The translations under genes were made by a program, and so were the position numbers. 64,000 nucleotides of DNA from Candidatus Multivoradales bacterium (lineage in GTDB: Bacteria; Acidobacteriota; Thermoanaerobaculia; Multivoradales; Multivoraceae): contig CBDCWI010000001.1 of NCBI GenBank assembly GCA_965223325.1, positions 2,080,091-2,144,090 of the forward strand, read 5' to 3'. Position 1 is the first letter of the stretch, and every line of letters begins with the position of its first letter. The notes under the pieces are model-generated. The model worked only from the letters and a program-made list of their open reading frames with translations, did not search any database and was not told the origin of the DNA. Shown here in pieces: positions 48,495-58,022 of this stretch.

Positions 48495-49994
48495 ACGTTC
48501 CAGGCAACTATGTTTCATAGCCATGCGAGGTTCACGCGCATGCCGGAATTCACGACTCGGATCCCTGAGCGAAGTCCGCGGCCATACTGAACATGCGCAA
48601 GCAGATCCGCACCAAACACCTCCTCAACGCGGCTCGACCACACCTCAAACCACCGTCCAAGCCAGTCCAAGCCGCTGCGCGGTTGACTGCGCCATAGCTC
48701 GCGCCGCGATCTCGTGATCGCCGTCCCCAAAAGACGCAACACTGAAGTCCTTCTATCCAGGAGCGCGAGCCGCGTGCGGAACGAACGCGCCACGCGGCGG
48801 GAAGCAACCTCGCGGGAACGCGACGTTCTCTTCACCCGAACGCAACCTACGCGCCGCCCTCCTGTACGCCACAACAAAATGCCAGCGGTTGACGATGAAC
48901 GCGACGCGCTGTTCCCGGGTGTGGGCGTGGCAGGCCGGGGCGGGGCTGCGCTTCGAATGGCGCGGAGCGGCGTGAGGGTCCTGGGCGAGGATCTTCTCGC
49001 CCATGCTCCGCCCGCCTTCGAGATCGAGGCGTTGGCCTGTCTCTTCCTCGATGTCTTCGATCATCGAGACGAGCATCTTGCGGTAGGTTTCGGCGCTCAG
49101 GTCGGCAAAGTGCGGCAGGGGCTCGAGAGTGAGCTCCTCGAGCGTCTCGAACTCGGTGATGTCGATCTTGCGATTCGCCTCACGACGCTCGCTCCGGCTC
49201 AGCTGTTTGGATCGCGGGCCGATCACTCCTCGGCGGACGCGCTCGTGGTACAAGCCGGTGCGATCTAGCCAGACGCCGGAGAGCCTCATCGAACCGTCGG
49301 CAAGAGCGCGAGCACTCGTCACACCAGGCCAGTCAAGCGGCGAATCAATCAGCCCTTCTTTGCAGCCCTGCGCCAAGACGTAGCGAAGGCGCTGGTACGC
49401 CGCTTGCGGCTCGTCGGTGAGTTCGATGCCCTGGTAGCGGCGACACCAGAACCGCTCGCGCCAGCGCTGCAACCGGCCAACCCGTCTCGCGATGTTTCCG
49501 TTGGTGAAACCCATGAAGCGCGAGATGTGCCATTGCGATGCGGCGGACAGCAAGAGATGGCAGTGGTTTGAGCCGAACCAGAAGGCGTGGACGCTCACTC
49601 CGTAGAGCCGCTGCGCACGAGCGAGGACGGCGATGATCTCGTTGTTGACTTCTTTGCTCGGCCGCAGGAGGAAACGCGACTGGAGGCAGCGCGTGGTGAC
49701 TTCGACGACGCGGTTGGGCGTGTAGATCCTGGGTTTGGCGAAACGCATGGGGAGGAAGCTGCCGTTGTTTGGCGAACTGGTTGTCGTACCTCCCGAGAAT
49801 CTGCGCTCTTGTTACGGCCCCCACCTTAGAGTGCCGTTGCTCCAAGCGGCTCGCGGCGCGTCGCGTGGCAGCACTACGCCGGTGGCACGCCGCTGGAGGC
49901 AAGGTGGCTCACTTTCCTGATGGCCGCTGACGCTCGTGAATCTCGGCAGGCGCGTGAACCTCGCATGGCTGTGAAACATGGTTGCCTGGAACGT
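48495..49994 (-). mobile_element. Family B HUH/Y1 element, copy B1, TIRs of about 60 bp
   Basis: acgttccaggcaactatgtttcatagccatgcgaggttcacgcgcatgccgg... matches the reverse complement of about 49934-49994; hairpin CCGAGGC-TTC-GCCTCGG at 48464-48480 lies just outside. Confidence 0.88.
48753..49748 (-). CDS. HUH/Y1 (RAYT-like) transposase, family B
   Basis: EVTTRC.Q.RFLLRP, SNHCHLLL, LRYVLAQGCKEGL...P.DWPGV, FP.GCFPP. Confidence 0.85.
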   Translation of the reverse strand: MRFAKPRIYTPNRVVEVTTRCLQSRFLLRPSKEVNNEIIAVLARAQRLYGVSVHAFWFGSNHCHLLLSAASQWHISRFMGFTNGNIARRVGRLQRWRERFWCRRYQGIELTDEPQAAYQRLRYVLAQGCKEGLIDSPLDWPGVTSARALADGSMRLSGVWLDRTGLYHERVRRGVIGPRSKQLSRSERREANRKIDITEFETLEELTLEPLPHFADLSAETYRKMLVSMIEDIEEETGQRLDLEGGRSMGEKILAQDPHAAPRHSKRSPAPACHAHTREQRVAFIVNRWHFVVAYRRAARRLRSGEENVAFPRGCFPPRGAFVPHAARAPG

Positions 49995-50045
49995 AGCCCG
50001 CCGCCGCCGTAGCCCGCCGCCGCCGCCGCCGGTCCCGAAGGGTCG

Positions 50046-50535
50046 GTGACGGTCCACGACCATCGCGAGCGGCGTTGGCGTCACCTGGACACCTGCCAGT
50101 TCCAGACGATCCTTGTCGCTCGGGTTCCTCGAGTGCGGTGCAAGGAGCACGGAGTGAAGACGATCCATGTGCCCTGGTCCGATCCGGGTTCGGGGTTCAC
50201 GGCTCTGTTCGAAGCGCTGGTGATCGACTGGCTCCAGGCTGCGAACACGTCGGCCGTGTCCAGACTTCTCGGCTTGACGTGGGACGAAGTCGACGGGATC
50301 AAGCAGCGAGCGGTGGCCCGTGGTCTGGCCCGCAGGGAACTCACGGTGCCCGAAGACATCGGTGTCGACGAGACGTCTTTCCAGAAGCGTCACGAGTACG
50401 TGACGGTGGTCGCAGACACGCGGGCGAACGTGATCCACTGGGTGAGCGACGGCCGTGGGAAGGAGTCCCTGTCTTCGCACTTCGAGTGCTTCGAAGTGGC
50501 TGACCTGCAACAGGTTCGCAGCATCACGATGGGGT
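50046..50535 (+). pseudogene. Internal fragment of ISL3 family transposase
   Basis: HD.R.R.WRHLDTCQF.T...ARVPRV.C.EHGV....VPW, FT.LFE, IGVDETSFQKRHEYVT. Confidence 0.9.
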
Positions 50536-50687
50536 TCTTTCATCGATCACGGAGGGAATCGGCTGCCCGAACTACCCGGTACACGCGCGCCACATTGAGC
50601 AACAATCGCCGAGACCGGACTTCGACCGGGTACAGTGAGTACCATCCTCATATAGTGCCTAGTTCTTAGACCACGGGAGGTCGCTTC

Positions 50688-52556
50688 TTGTCCAACCATT
50701 TCTCTCGATTCAATCCACACTCGCGTCTACCCTGGCTCGCATCGGTTGCTGCCTCTGCCGTGCTTCTTGGCTCCTCGAATCTCCTGGCACCGACGCCCGC
50801 GTTTTCCAGCGCGCAAGAAGTCTCTTCGTCGGAAGATGTCGAGCTGTTCGCGCTCGAGATCCCTTTGTCGTACTCGAGTCCCACGGCCCTGGTGTCCTCG
50901 GAAGGGAAGTTGCTGCGCGAACCCGATCTGTCCAACGTACGCGTCCTCGGTGACTTCATTCGGGCACACAGCCTCACCGCGGACTCGAGGGCCGGGTTGC
51001 TCGACCGAACCGGCCAGAAGTGGGTCGTCGAGCCTGTCTTCAAGTCCATTCGTGACTTCAGCGCAGATGGACTCGCACGCGTCCAGGACGAGAACGACAG
51101 ATGGGGGTTCATCAATCGCACGGGCCAGACGGTGATCGATGCGAGGTACCCAGAGGCTCTGCCCTTCTCCCAAGGTCTGGCGGCGGTCCGAACTCGCCGC
51201 GGGTGGTCCTTCATTTCGACCGACGGCGAGGTTCGAATTCGAGGCCCATTTGTCGCAGCTCGCTCCTTCTCGGAAAACGGCCTGGCGGCTGTAGCAGACG
51301 CGGCGGGTCAGTGGGGGTTCATCAACCGCAGCGGAGACTTCGTTTTGTCCCCGCGTTTCGCGATGGCGTCCTCTTTCGGAACCGGGGGGCTGGCCCCGAT
51401 ATCTCTCGATGGGGAGAGCTACGGCCTGGTCACTGAGGCCGGCGAGTGGAGGGTCGAGCCTCGGTTCGACTCGATTGGCGCATTCAACAACGATGGCTGG
51501 GCCGCCTTTTCTGGCCCTGACGGGCAGGGCTTCTTCGATCCAGAGGGGCGGCAGGCATTCGTCGAAAAGACGGTGTTTGGCAACCGCACCGGCTGTGATC
51601 GGTTCTATTCGATCTACGAGCCGCACAGTTTTCGCGATGCCAGCGGCAAGATCGTTGCTGAGGTCGACTGGGCAACCCCGTTCATCGATGAGTGCATCGC
51701 CGTGGCGCACCAGGACGGAAGATTCGGCCTTCTCCGCCAAGACGGAACCCTGCTTCCTTTTGCCCACGAACTCGACGAGCCGATGACCGACCCCTGCTGC
51801 AGTCCGGAGGAACCTCTGTCGTTCCTCGGAACCAAGGGGCTCCTGCCGGTCTTCGCCCACGACGGTGTGATCGACTACTACGACGCCGAAGGCAAGGTTC
51901 GCTTCGAAATCCGCTGGCGAAATGACGACAAAGGGACCTCGCGCGCGGAGCTAGTGAATCAGGCAGGCCAGGTCATCTGGAAGGACCGGGCCAAGCAACC
52001 GAAGTTCACGCAGCCAGGTCGCTACAGCGATTTCACCGCGAAGGCCGTAGTGTCGGACCAGAGCGCGCTGACCGGCCTCGCGCCAACCGTCGCAGAGATG
52101 ATCAAGCAGCGCCCGAAGAAGATGGTGCTCGCGAACTGGCGCGACGACCCCTTCGAGTTCGACGAGTACGACTGGGACGATTCGCCAGAGCTGCGGGGCT
52201 CGTTTCGGACTCTGGTCTTCGCCGAGGGTGAGAGCGGGGCTTCCGTGGCGAACGTGTTGAAACTCAGAAGTCTAGCCACCGTGGCACCTCTGTTCGAGCG
52301 GCTGAAGGCCGAGCTGGGCGAGCTCCTCGGCTCGCCAGAAGTGCTTGGAGCGGAAGGTTTCTCCGAAGACGGGGGCGACATCATCTGGGATGACGTCTGG
52401 AAAGCGGCCGAAACTGGGAAGCTGGTCTGCCTCGGCGAAGACTTCGAACAGCTCACGTGGGTCAAGGACGGCAAGAGAGTCGTGCTCTGTGGGTCCTTCC
52501 ACGACGACCATCTCTACTTCCAGCGAGTGATCTGGCTGGCTGTGATCACAGACTGA
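50688..52556 (+). CDS. Secreted WG-repeat protein
   Basis: Repeated 'FS.GLA.V....WGFINR.G..VI.P.F' units; signal peptide. Confidence 0.85.
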   Translation: MSNHFSRFNPHSRLPWLASVAASAVLLGSSNLLAPTPAFSSAQEVSSSEDVELFALEIPLSYSSPTALVSSEGKLLREPDLSNVRVLGDFIRAHSLTADSRAGLLDRTGQKWVVEPVFKSIRDFSADGLARVQDENDRWGFINRTGQTVIDARYPEALPFSQGLAAVRTRRGWSFISTDGEVRIRGPFVAARSFSENGLAAVADAAGQWGFINRSGDFVLSPRFAMASSFGTGGLAPISLDGESYGLVTEAGEWRVEPRFDSIGAFNNDGWAAFSGPDGQGFFDPEGRQAFVEKTVFGNRTGCDRFYSIYEPHSFRDASGKIVAEVDWATPFIDECIAVAHQDGRFGLLRQDGTLLPFAHELDEPMTDPCCSPEEPLSFLGTKGLLPVFAHDGVIDYYDAEGKVRFEIRWRNDDKGTSRAELVNQAGQVIWKDRAKQPKFTQPGRYSDFTAKAVVSDQSALTGLAPTVAEMIKQRPKKMVLANWRDDPFEFDEYDWDDSPELRGSFRTLVFAEGESGASVANVLKLRSLATVAPLFERLKAELGELLGSPEVLGAEGFSEDGGDIIWDDVWKAAETGKLVCLGEDFEQLTWVKDGKRVVLCGSFHDDHLYFQRVIWLAVITD

Positions 52557-52665
52557 CCGACTCAAGTCAAGACCAGCCGGCTGCCATACAGTCGCGGGGC
52601 AAAGGGGTTCCGTTGGTGAAACCCATGAAGCGCCCCGCCGAGGCTTCGCCTCGGAGACGTTCCAG

Positions 52666-52948
52666 ATGAAATGAGTCGGTCGGCCTCCCAGGCAGCTGAC
52701 AAAGTAGTCAGCTCGGTAACAGTCACGGAAGGAGACCGACCATGAGTTACTTTGGCATCGACGTCCATCTGAAGACCAGTGCGATCTGTGAGATCTCCGA
52801 AGAGGGCGCGGTCGTAGAGCGCTGCGAGATTCCCACGACGCAAGAGCGCATGCGGCGCTTCTTCGCCGATCGCACATGCAGAGGCATTGCTCTGGAGGCA
52901 TGCGCGCAGAGCCCGTGGCTGAACCGACTCTTGAGCGACCTGGGGGGG
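52666..52948 (+). mobile_element. IS110 family element, left end and 5' part of transposase (CDS from 52742), truncated by A2
   Basis: MSYFGIDVH...IALEAC.QS.W (DEDD RuvC-like N-terminus); RBS aaggag. Confidence 0.85.
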
Positions 52949-54343
52949 GCGCGGCGATGCCGCGCACGGTCGGGGGTAAGTTTTCATGGCAACGCCAGAC
53001 AAGGCGACGCACCGCGTTTCCGAAGCATTCCATCGTCCTCTTTCACCGCCTCGATGGGTGTCGCGAGGGCAGAGACCTCGCCTTCGCCACCCCTGAAACC
53101 TCGGCACTCCACCCGACAGACGCAGCTCCGCCACCACACCTGCCGGTGCGTCCCCCTCAACCTCGTCAACCTCTTCGTCGGCGGCCTGGACTCAGGGACC
53201 GTCGCGTGCACCCGGCCCAGCCACTTCCAGGGCCACAAACGGCAGCGGGCTTGGAAAAGTGCCGGGCGGGAACTTCGCCTCCAGGTCACCACTCCACAGA
53301 AGATCGCGCGCCGCGCGATGCGCTCGCCTCACTGCATCGAAAACCGAAAGCAGCCGATTGCGCTCGAACGAGTCCGACGCGATGACCCGAGGCCTCGGCC
53401 CCCAATCGAGCTTCCTCGGACGGCGCATCGGACTCACCTGCGTTGTCTTGTAGGCGCCGCGAGGCCTCGTTCCCTCCCGTTTGTGGCGCACCCGGGTCTC
53501 GTCCTCGATCTCAACAATCATCCCGCGGGCCCAGTCGAAGTACTCCTCGTCAGGGAGGTCCTCGAAGCACGGAAGCTTCGATAAAACGACTGTCTCGCGG
53601 CTCGAGAAGTCCTTTTCGCTCAAACGACGCCCCGCTTTCGAGAAACGGGCACGACGCAGCGCTGAACGATCGACCCAGGTGCCCTCGAGCTCGAAGGTCC
53701 CTGACCACAGCGCCTCCCCCACCGACACGCCTGGCCACTTGCGCGGTGAAGACACCAACCCCGCCTTGCAGCCCTGGGCAAGGATGTAGCGGAAACGACG
53801 GCAGAGGTCCTTCTTCGCGTGACCGGGAAACGACGTCTTGTACGGCCCTTCCCATTTCGGACCCTTGAACCCGCGCAGGATCCGTAGTTCCACACTCGTC
53901 TGGTGCTGAATGCGCCGCATGAAGTCGGCCAGCTGCTGGGCGTCGCGAGCGCTCAGCAATAGATGCGCGTGATTGACCTGGTAGTCCAGGGCGTGAATCC
54001 GGATCTCGGTCTTTCGCTGCGCGCGGCCGATGATCCCGATCAGCAGTTCGCGTAGGCGTGACGATGGCGCCAACAGGAAGAACCCGTTGACGATGCGCAC
54101 CGTCACTTCGACGACTCCCCAACCGCTTCCGTCGGTGGGGACATACCTCAGTTGATGGGCCATGACTCATCGCACGGAACCATCGATGCCTTGCAGGGAG
54201 CCGAATCCTAGCGGATGACCCTCGCCATCGACCAACTGTCATCTTGTGAATCGGGCTACACGTTGGGCCGGTGGCGAGTCCCGGTCCTGCGCCACGACTT
54301 CGACTCAAAACTTACCCCCGACTGGGCGCGGCATCGCCGCGCG
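52949..54343 (-). mobile_element. Family A element, copy A2
   Basis: TIR with hairpin at both ends (from 52949 and 54305-54343). Confidence 0.9.
53192..54163 (-). CDS. HUH/Y1 transposase, family A
   Basis: Near-identical to 45432-46403. Confidence 0.85.
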   Translation of the reverse strand: MAHQLRYVPTDGSGWGVVEVTVRIVNGFFLLAPSSRLRELLIGIIGRAQRKTEIRIHALDYQVNHAHLLLSARDAQQLADFMRRIQHQTSVELRILRGFKGPKWEGPYKTSFPGHAKKDLCRRFRYILAQGCKAGLVSSPRKWPGVSVGEALWSGTFELEGTWVDRSALRRARFSKAGRRLSEKDFSSRETVVLSKLPCFEDLPDEEYFDWARGMIVEIEDETRVRHKREGTRPRGAYKTTQVSPMRRPRKLDWGPRPRVIASDSFERNRLLSVFDAVRRAHRAARDLLWSGDLEAKFPPGTFPSPLPFVALEVAGPGARDGP

Positions 54344-54406
54344 ATCAGCGACGGCACGGTAGGCTTTCCCCTTTGGGACGACCCAGAACCGCCGGCTGTG
54401 AGCTAA

Positions 54407-54895
54407 CTACTGTGGCGGCCATCCTCCTCCACCACCACCACCGCCGCCGGGTGGCGCTTCACAAGGGCAAACGCAGTTTCCGTTTTTGGAGGACGCAGGG
54501 ATCTCGGTTCCACTAAAAACACCCTTGGTCTTGAAGGACAGACCGCCAACTCCGCCACCACAGGTACCGTTCTTTCTCAACAGGGCTTCTACCTTGAAAG
54601 GAGTCGGCTGGTAGGGGAGGATTATCCACGTCTTATCGTCCTGGCCGAGGTTGTTCACATTGAGAATACAAGCGTTGTAATAGCCGTATCCTATCGCCGT
54701 GGCCTGGATAACGTCGAGCCAATCCAATTCCGTAATCTGAGTCACATTCACCCACGCCGTAAAGTCGACGGTCATGCTGAAGTTGTTGCCGATGGCCGTC
54801 GTCGCTACGTGTGTTGAATAGGTCAGCGCCTGGCTGGGGGTGCCGGCAATTGCCAGCAGCATTGCTACAAGGAGGCATCCTCTCGTCAACATCAT
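54407..54895 (-). CDS. Small secreted protein with Cys-rich and poly-Gly C-terminus
   Basis: Signal peptide; ends GNCVCPCEAPPGGGGGGGGGWPPQ; lower GC. Confidence 0.6.
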   Translation of the reverse strand: MMLTRGCLLVAMLLAIAGTPSQALTYSTHVATTAIGNNFSMTVDFTAWVNVTQITELDWLDVIQATAIGYGYYNACILNVNNLGQDDKTWIILPYQPTPFKVEALLRKNGTCGGGVGGLSFKTKGVFSGTEIPASSKNGNCVCPCEAPPGGGGGGGGGWPPQ

Positions 54896-55497
54896 CGGTT
54901 TCCTCTGTCAGTGGTGTCAAAGTCCTCTTGCATTCCGTCTCTGAAAGTATCAAAGAGGTCCAACAGGTCGGGATCAAACGACTCGTCGGTCGTGTGCAAA
55001 GCAACGCCCTCGCAGATTCTTCCGCCCGGGAACTCTGCCTTCATTAGAGCTCTTGACTCGTCATCGAGACCTCGATAAAGCGATGCTACGAGTCGTCGAA
55101 CGGCAGCGGCATCCCGCCTGGATCCCTCAAGGCTGTAGGAACGAAGGGCTTGTTCAGGGATAGTCGCGGCCCTCGCAGGGTCGCTCAGCCCCAAAGCCTC
55201 GTAGCGGTTCCTCATATGAGCAGCCAGCCCATTCCGATGAGACTCGTAGTCTGCTTGCCGCGCAGACAAGCGATCCCTTTCGGCCTGGTCGAGATCGAGA
55301 ATCTCGCGCAGTGTCTGAACGTCCGGAGTCTGGAGGAGGTGCTGTGCGCACGTGTAGGCGGGAAGATTGCTTCCTTTGAGGGTGAGGCGCACTTCCTGTT
55401 GGGTAACGCCTTGTGCGCTAGCTAACCCGGTGGTTAGCACGGCCAATGCTATGAAAACGAAGCCGATTCGAAACAGCGCCGATTGTTCGACAATCAT
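54892..55497 (-). CDS. Secreted helical hypothetical protein
   Basis: Signal peptide (..GLASA); 4-bp overlap with the downstream gene. Confidence 0.6.
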   Translation of the reverse strand: MIVEQSALFRIGFVFIALAVLTTGLASAQGVTQQEVRLTLKGSNLPAYTCAQHLLQTPDVQTLREILDLDQAERDRLSARQADYESHRNGLAAHMRNRYEALGLSDPARAATIPEQALRSYSLEGSRRDAAAVRRLVASLYRGLDDESRALMKAEFPGGRICEGVALHTTDESFDPDLLDLFDTFRDGMQEDFDTTDRGNR

Positions 55498-55647
55498 CTG
55501 ATCGCCCCCTTATGGTTGTTCGACATTGGGTTAGCCGACCATATACGGCGGCGAAATCGGCTGTCAAACGCGAATTCAGGAATAGCGTGTACCGAGTGTG
55601 CGGGAATAGCGTGTACCTCCCCGAGGCTTCGCCTCGAGACGTTCCAG

Positions 55648-55693
55648 ATGAAATGAGTCGGTCGGCCTCCCAGGCAGCTGACAAAGTAGTCAG
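55648..55693 (+). mobile_element. Second IS110 left-end fragment
   Basis: Same as 52666-52711 (atgaaatgagtcggtcggcctcccaggcagctgacaaagtagtcag), with the same upstream hairpin context. Confidence 0.8.
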
Positions 55694-55725
55694 TTCGCGC
55701 GGCGATGCCGCGCACGGTAGGGGAT

Positions 55726-57110
55726 CGCGCGGCGATGCCGCGCACGGTCGGGGGTAAGTTTTGACGGCAACGCTGGACTGGACGAAGCGCCGAGCCTTCG
55801 CGCGCTCCATCGCCCTCTTCTCCGACCTCGAAGGGCGGTGACGAAGGCAGAAACCTCGCCGTCGCCACTCCTGAACGTCGGTACTCCGCCCGACAAACGG
55901 AGCTCCGCCAACACACCGATCGGTGCGTCCCCCTCAACCTCTTCGTCGGCGGCCTGGACTCAGGGACCGTCGCGTGCGCCCGGCCCAGCCACTTCCAGGG
56001 CCACAAACGGCAGCGGGCTTGGAAAAGTGCCAGGCGGAAACTTCGCCTCCGGGTCACCACCCCACAGAAGATCCCGCGCCGCGCGGTGCGCTCGCCTCAC
56101 CGCATCAAAAACCGAAAGCAGGCGATTGCGTTCGTACGAATCCGACGCGATCACCCGAGGCCGCGGCCCCCAATCGAGCTTCCGCGGGCGGCGCATCGGA
56201 CTCACCTGCGTCGTCTTGTAGGCACCGCGAGGCCTCGTGCCCTTTCGCTTGTGGCGCACCCGGGTCTCGTCCTCGATCTCTACAATCATGCCGCGGGCCC
56301 AGTCGAAGTACTCCTCGTCCGGGAGGTCCTCGAAGCACGGAAGCTTCGATAAGACGACCGTCTCGCGGCTCGAGAAGTCCTTTTCGCTCAAACGACGCCC
56401 CGCTTTCGAGAAACGAGCACGTCGAAGCGCGGAGCGGTCGACCCACGTGCCCTCGAGCTCGAAGGTCCCTGACCACAGCGCCTCCCCCACCGACACGCCT
56501 GGCCACTTGCGCGGTGAAGACACCAACCCCGCCTTGCAACCCTGGGCAAGGATGTAGCGGAAACGACGGCAGAGGTCCTTCTTCGCGTGACCGGGAAACG
56601 ACGTCTTGTACGGCCCTTCCCATTTCGGACCCTTCCACCCGCGCAGGATCCGTAGTTCCACACTCGTCTGGTGCTGAATGCGCCGCATGAAGTCGGCCAG
56701 CTGTTGGGCGTCGCGAGCGCCCAGCAGAAGGTGAGCATGATTGACCTGGTAGTCCAGGGCGTGAATCCGGATCTCGGTCTTTCGCTGCGCGCGGCCGATG
56801 ATCCCGATCAGCAGGTCGCGTAGGTGTGACGATGGCGCCAACAGGAAGAACCCGTTGACGATTCGAACCGTCACTTCGACAACTCCCCAACCGCTCGAGT
56901 CGGTGGGGACGTATCTCAGTTGATGGGCCATGACTCTTCGCCCGGAGCCATCGATGTCCTGCAGGGAGCCGAATCTTAGCGGATGACCCTCGCCATCGAC
57001 CAACTGTCATTTGTGAATCGGGCTACACGTCCGGTCGGTGGCGAGGCGTCGCACTGCGCCACAACTTCGGCTCAAAACTTACCCCCGACCGGGGGCGGCA
57101 TCGCCGCCCG
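55726..57110 (-). mobile_element. Family A element, copy A3 (extra terminal hairpin unit at 55696-55723)
   Basis: TIRs present; right hairpin is GGGCGGC-ATC-GCCGCCC. Confidence 0.9.
55960..56931 (-). CDS. HUH/Y1 transposase, family A
   Basis: As A1 and A2. Confidence 0.85.
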   Translation of the reverse strand: MAHQLRYVPTDSSGWGVVEVTVRIVNGFFLLAPSSHLRDLLIGIIGRAQRKTEIRIHALDYQVNHAHLLLGARDAQQLADFMRRIQHQTSVELRILRGWKGPKWEGPYKTSFPGHAKKDLCRRFRYILAQGCKAGLVSSPRKWPGVSVGEALWSGTFELEGTWVDRSALRRARFSKAGRRLSEKDFSSRETVVLSKLPCFEDLPDEEYFDWARGMIVEIEDETRVRHKRKGTRPRGAYKTTQVSPMRRPRKLDWGPRPRVIASDSYERNRLLSVFDAVRRAHRAARDLLWGGDPEAKFPPGTFPSPLPFVALEVAGPGARDGP

Positions 57111-57270
57111 CCTCCTTGACGACGATCGTCTCTTGCCAGCCTCGTCGCTCGAGGAACTCGCGCAGCTGGTGCAGCTGCATGGCGATGGTGTGCTGATGCG
57201 GGGTAGAAACCCGCGCATACAGACCGACCCGAGGCGAGGCCTCGGGTCGGCTGGGGGAGGGGTGGCCAAA
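57111..57270 (-). pseudogene. N-terminal fragment of serine recombinase (resolvase), truncated by A3
   Basis: RVGLYARVSTPHQ.TI.MQL.QLREF.ERRGW motif with catalytic Ser. Confidence 0.8.
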
Positions 57271-57377
57271 AACCCCCTCGTCAGACGGCGATTTCAGGCC
57301 AGTGTTTCCGGGGGTCGAGGGAGGTCGGTTTCGGCATGGCCGAAACCTATACCTTTTGGCCATTCGCGGGTCGTAGA

Positions 57378-58022
57378 TCACATGAGTCTACGTAGCCCTA
57401 GAGCAGCAAGGACGAGCACGAGCAGGGACAGTGTCAGTGGCTGGAGGGTTGGGATAGGGGCTGAGGTTGGTGTTGGGCCCGTGATGATGACGTTGTCGAA
57501 GAGGCACTCGCCGGGAGACCCACCCGTCTGGGCTAGCAACACGCGATATGCCTTCTTGCCCAATTGGGGGGGCAGACTGACGCTGATGCGAGCCCAGCCA
57601 TCATTACCGTTGTCCTCGAAAGAAGCCGTCTCTCCATCAGTACATCCCACTTCGTCGTACGTGAAGATCGCGACGGCGCACCGGCCGAACTCTGATAACC
57701 GCCGAGTATCTGCATCGACACGCAGAGGACTCTCATCAGTAGAAGCGCAGGGAGTCCGGCCTGCGATGCGAGCAGATCCGAAACCGCTTCCCTCTCGAGA
57801 CACCCTGAGGGCTCCGCCCGGGTTGCCCGAAGCAGAGAAGCCGATGGAGCCGGTTACGTTCTCAGAGAGAGTCTCTACTTCAAGTTCCCACAGCGCGACA
57901 TCTTGGGGCTCGTCGAACTCGAATCTGACCTCGGCAGCTGCGGCGCTGATGCAGCCGGTCAGCAGGACCACGGCTAGGACGAGGCAGGGGATGTATCTAG
58001 GGAACAGTTGAGGACCACTCAT
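57378..58022 (-). CDS. Secreted protein with IPTL-CTERM sorting signal
   Basis: Signal peptide from ATG 58022; ends APIPTLQPLTLSLLVLVLAALGLRRLM*. Confidence 0.8.
   Translation of the reverse strand: MSGPQLFPRYIPCLVLAVVLLTGCISAAAAEVRFEFDEPQDVALWELEVETLSENVTGSIGFSASGNPGGALRVSREGSGFGSARIAGRTPCASTDESPLRVDADTRRLSEFGRCAVAIFTYDEVGCTDGETASFEDNGNDGWARISVSLPPQLGKKAYRVLLAQTGGSPGECLFDNVIITGPTPTSAPIPTLQPLTLSLLVLVLAALGLRRLM

Larger units (their letters stand above)
48438..50585. repeat. Perfect 22-bp inverted repeat pair (48438-48459 and 50564-50585)
   Basis: cgtgtaccgggtagttcgggca and tgcccgaactacccggtacacg. Confidence 0.9.

Noticed and set aside
52949-53584. 280-aa ORF 52742-53584 as an intact IS110 transposase
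   Set aside because: After about 68 codons it is antisense read-through into element A2
45190-57116. Target-site duplications for A1-A3
   Set aside because: Flanks differ (gagat/ctccc, ggggg/atcag, gggat/cctcc)
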